From NCBI GenBank assembly GCA_965198225.1, contig CBDAOY010000005.1, positions 576,001-640,000 on the forward strand: a stretch of DNA of 64,000 bases, written 5' to 3'. Positions 62,469 through 64,000 of the stretch are shown one piece after another; position 1 is the first letter of the stretch, and the number at the start of each line of letters is the position of its first letter. The notes beneath the pieces were generated by a model. The model was not told where the DNA came from. It ran no database searches and saw only the letters and a program-made list of their open reading frames with translations. Position numbers and translations under genes: made by a program. The stretch is from Terriglobia bacterium. Lineage in GTDB: Bacteria > Acidobacteriota > Terriglobia > 20CM-2-55-15.

Positions 62469-64000
62469 ATGGACCTTCGTAACATCGCAATCGTCGCACA
62501 CGTCGATCACGGCAAGACCACGCTCGTCGACGCCATGCTGTGGCAGAGCGGAACGTTCAGCGCGCACCAGGCTGTCCAGGATCGCGTCATGGATTCGATG
62601 GATCTCGAGCGTGAGAAGGGCATCACCATAATGGCCAAGAACACGGCCGTCCGTTTCGGCGACGTCAAGATCAACATCGTGGACACGCCGGGACACGCCG
62701 ACTTCGGCGGTGAAGTGGAACGCACGCTCGGGATGGTCGACGGCATCATGCTGCTCGTCGATTCCGCTGAAGGGCCCCTGCCCCAAACGCGATTCGTGTT
62801 GTCCAAAGCGCTGGAGCTCGAGCTCCCGTCCATCGTCGTGATCAACAAGATCGACCGGAAGGACGCCCGGCCCGAAGAAGTACTCAACGAGATCTACGAC
62901 CTGTTCATCGACCTCGACGCTGCGGAACACCAGATCGAATTCCCTGTTATTTACGCGGTCGCGCGGGAGGGCAAATGCGCCCCCTCGCTCCAGGAGCCGC
63001 TCACAGACCTGCGACCGCTGTTCGACTTGATCGTCGGCCACATCCCGGCGCCGGGGGGCGAGGCGGACCAGTCGTTTCAGATGTTGGTGACGACCGTCGG
63101 GCCGGACGAGTACCGCGGGCCCCTCGCGATCGGACGCATCGTTGCCGGAACCATCCGCAATCGGCAGAGCGTGACACTCTGCCACCGGGACGATTCACAG
63201 ACCAAGGCCGAGGTGACCGAGTTGTTCGTTTACGAAGGACTGGAACGCGTGTCGACCGAGGAGGCCGGTCCGGGCGAAATCGTTGCGGTGGCCGGCATGA
63301 CCGGCGTCAGGCTCGGTGAGAGCATCGCCGACGGCGACGACCCTCACCCTCTCGCGCCCCTGCACGTGGATGAGCCGACGATGTCGATGGAGTTTTCGAT
63401 CAACGACTCCCCCTTAAGCGGCAGGGACGGGCCGTTCGTCACCTCGCGTCACCTCCGCGAACGTCTGATGAAGGAAGCCCGCAACAACCTCGCGATACGC
63501 GTCGAAACAACCGATTCGCCAGACCGTTTCCAGGTGTTCGGCCGGGGGGAGCTGCAGCTGGCAATCCTGATCGAGCAGATGCGGCGCCAGGGCTACGAGT
63601 TCTCGGTCGGGATGCCTCGCGTCCTCACCAGGGTTCTCAACGGAAGCCGGCACGAACCGTTCGAACTGGCCCTGATCGACATGGCAGAGGACTACATGGG
63701 CGTCGTGGTACAGAAGCTCGGCACGCGCAAAGGCGTGATGGTGAAGATGGTCAATCATGGCTCGGGTCGCGTCCGCCTCGAGTTCGACGTTCCCAGCCGG
63801 GGGCTGATCGGATACCGGACGGAGTTCCTCACCGACACGAAAGGCACCGGAATCCTCACACACACATTCAACGAGTACAGACCGTGGGCGGGCGACATCA
63901 AACACCGAGGGACCGGAGCTTTGGTCGCAGACCGGCCGGGCCCGGTCACCGGTTACGCGGTGATCAACCTGCAGGAGCGCGGCGAACTCTTCGTCGCGCC
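62469..64000 (+). CDS. typA: Translational GTPase TypA/BipA (runs off the window)
   Basis: [46 protein letters not shown] and RRQGYE motifs. Confidence 0.96.
   Translation, partial: MDLRNIAIVAHVDHGKTTLVDAMLWQSGTFSAHQAVQDRVMDSMDLEREKGITIMAKNTAVRFGDVKINIVDTPGHADFGGEVERTLGMVDGIMLLVDSAEGPLPQTRFVLSKALELELPSIVVINKIDRKDARPEEVLNEIYDLFIDLDAAEHQIEFPVIYAVAREGKCAPSLQEPLTDLRPLFDLIVGHIPAPGGEADQSFQMLVTTVGPDEYRGPLAIGRIVAGTIRNRQSVTLCHRDDSQTKAEVTELFVYEGLERVSTEEAGPGEIVAVAGMTGVRLGESIADGDDPHPLAPLHVDEPTMSMEFSINDSPLSGRDGPFVTSRHLRERLMKEARNNLAIRVETTDSPDRFQVFGRGELQLAILIEQMRRQGYEFSVGMPRVLTRVLNGSRHEPFELALIDMAEDYMGVVVQKLGTRKGVMVKMVNHGSGRVRLEFDVPSRGLIGYRTEFLTDTKGTGILTHTFNEYRPWAGDIKHRGTGALVADRPGPVTGYAVINLQERGELFVA

Noticed and set aside
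1-64000. CRISPR array or cas genes
   Set aside because: No regularly spaced direct repeats and no Cas motifs were seen.

Overview
GC-rich bacterial DNA. The gene content (Oar-like TonB receptors, CRTAC1/FG-GAP, ECF sigma plus Ser/Thr kinase) looks like Acidobacteria; this is inference only. About 1-55.1 kb is a decaying genomic island or ICE that ends at a 3' tRNA-Leu(CAG) att fragment, with two more degenerate att copies at 56.3 and 56.8 kb. Core-like genes follow: GtrA, CDP-alcohol phosphatidyltransferase, kinase/ECF and typA. The island holds conjugation remnants, many IS elements (IS3, IS21, IS5, IS256, IS1182, IS1380, IS110/IS1111), Tn3 scars, three toxin-antitoxin pairs, cofG-cofH, a BCCT transporter with a Rieske oxygenase, LRR and RHS fragments, and two TonB receptors. 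The standout is a stack of RNA-guided mobile elements at 29.5-34.3 kb. A group II intron carries a second intron in its domain VI, which carries a third in its domain III, and each EBS1 matches its own insertion site. An IS1111-type IS110 element sits in domain III of the outer intron, and its downstream non-coding (bridge/seek) RNA contains guide segments matching that conserved intron sequence. All calls come from motif reading by eye; no database searches were run.
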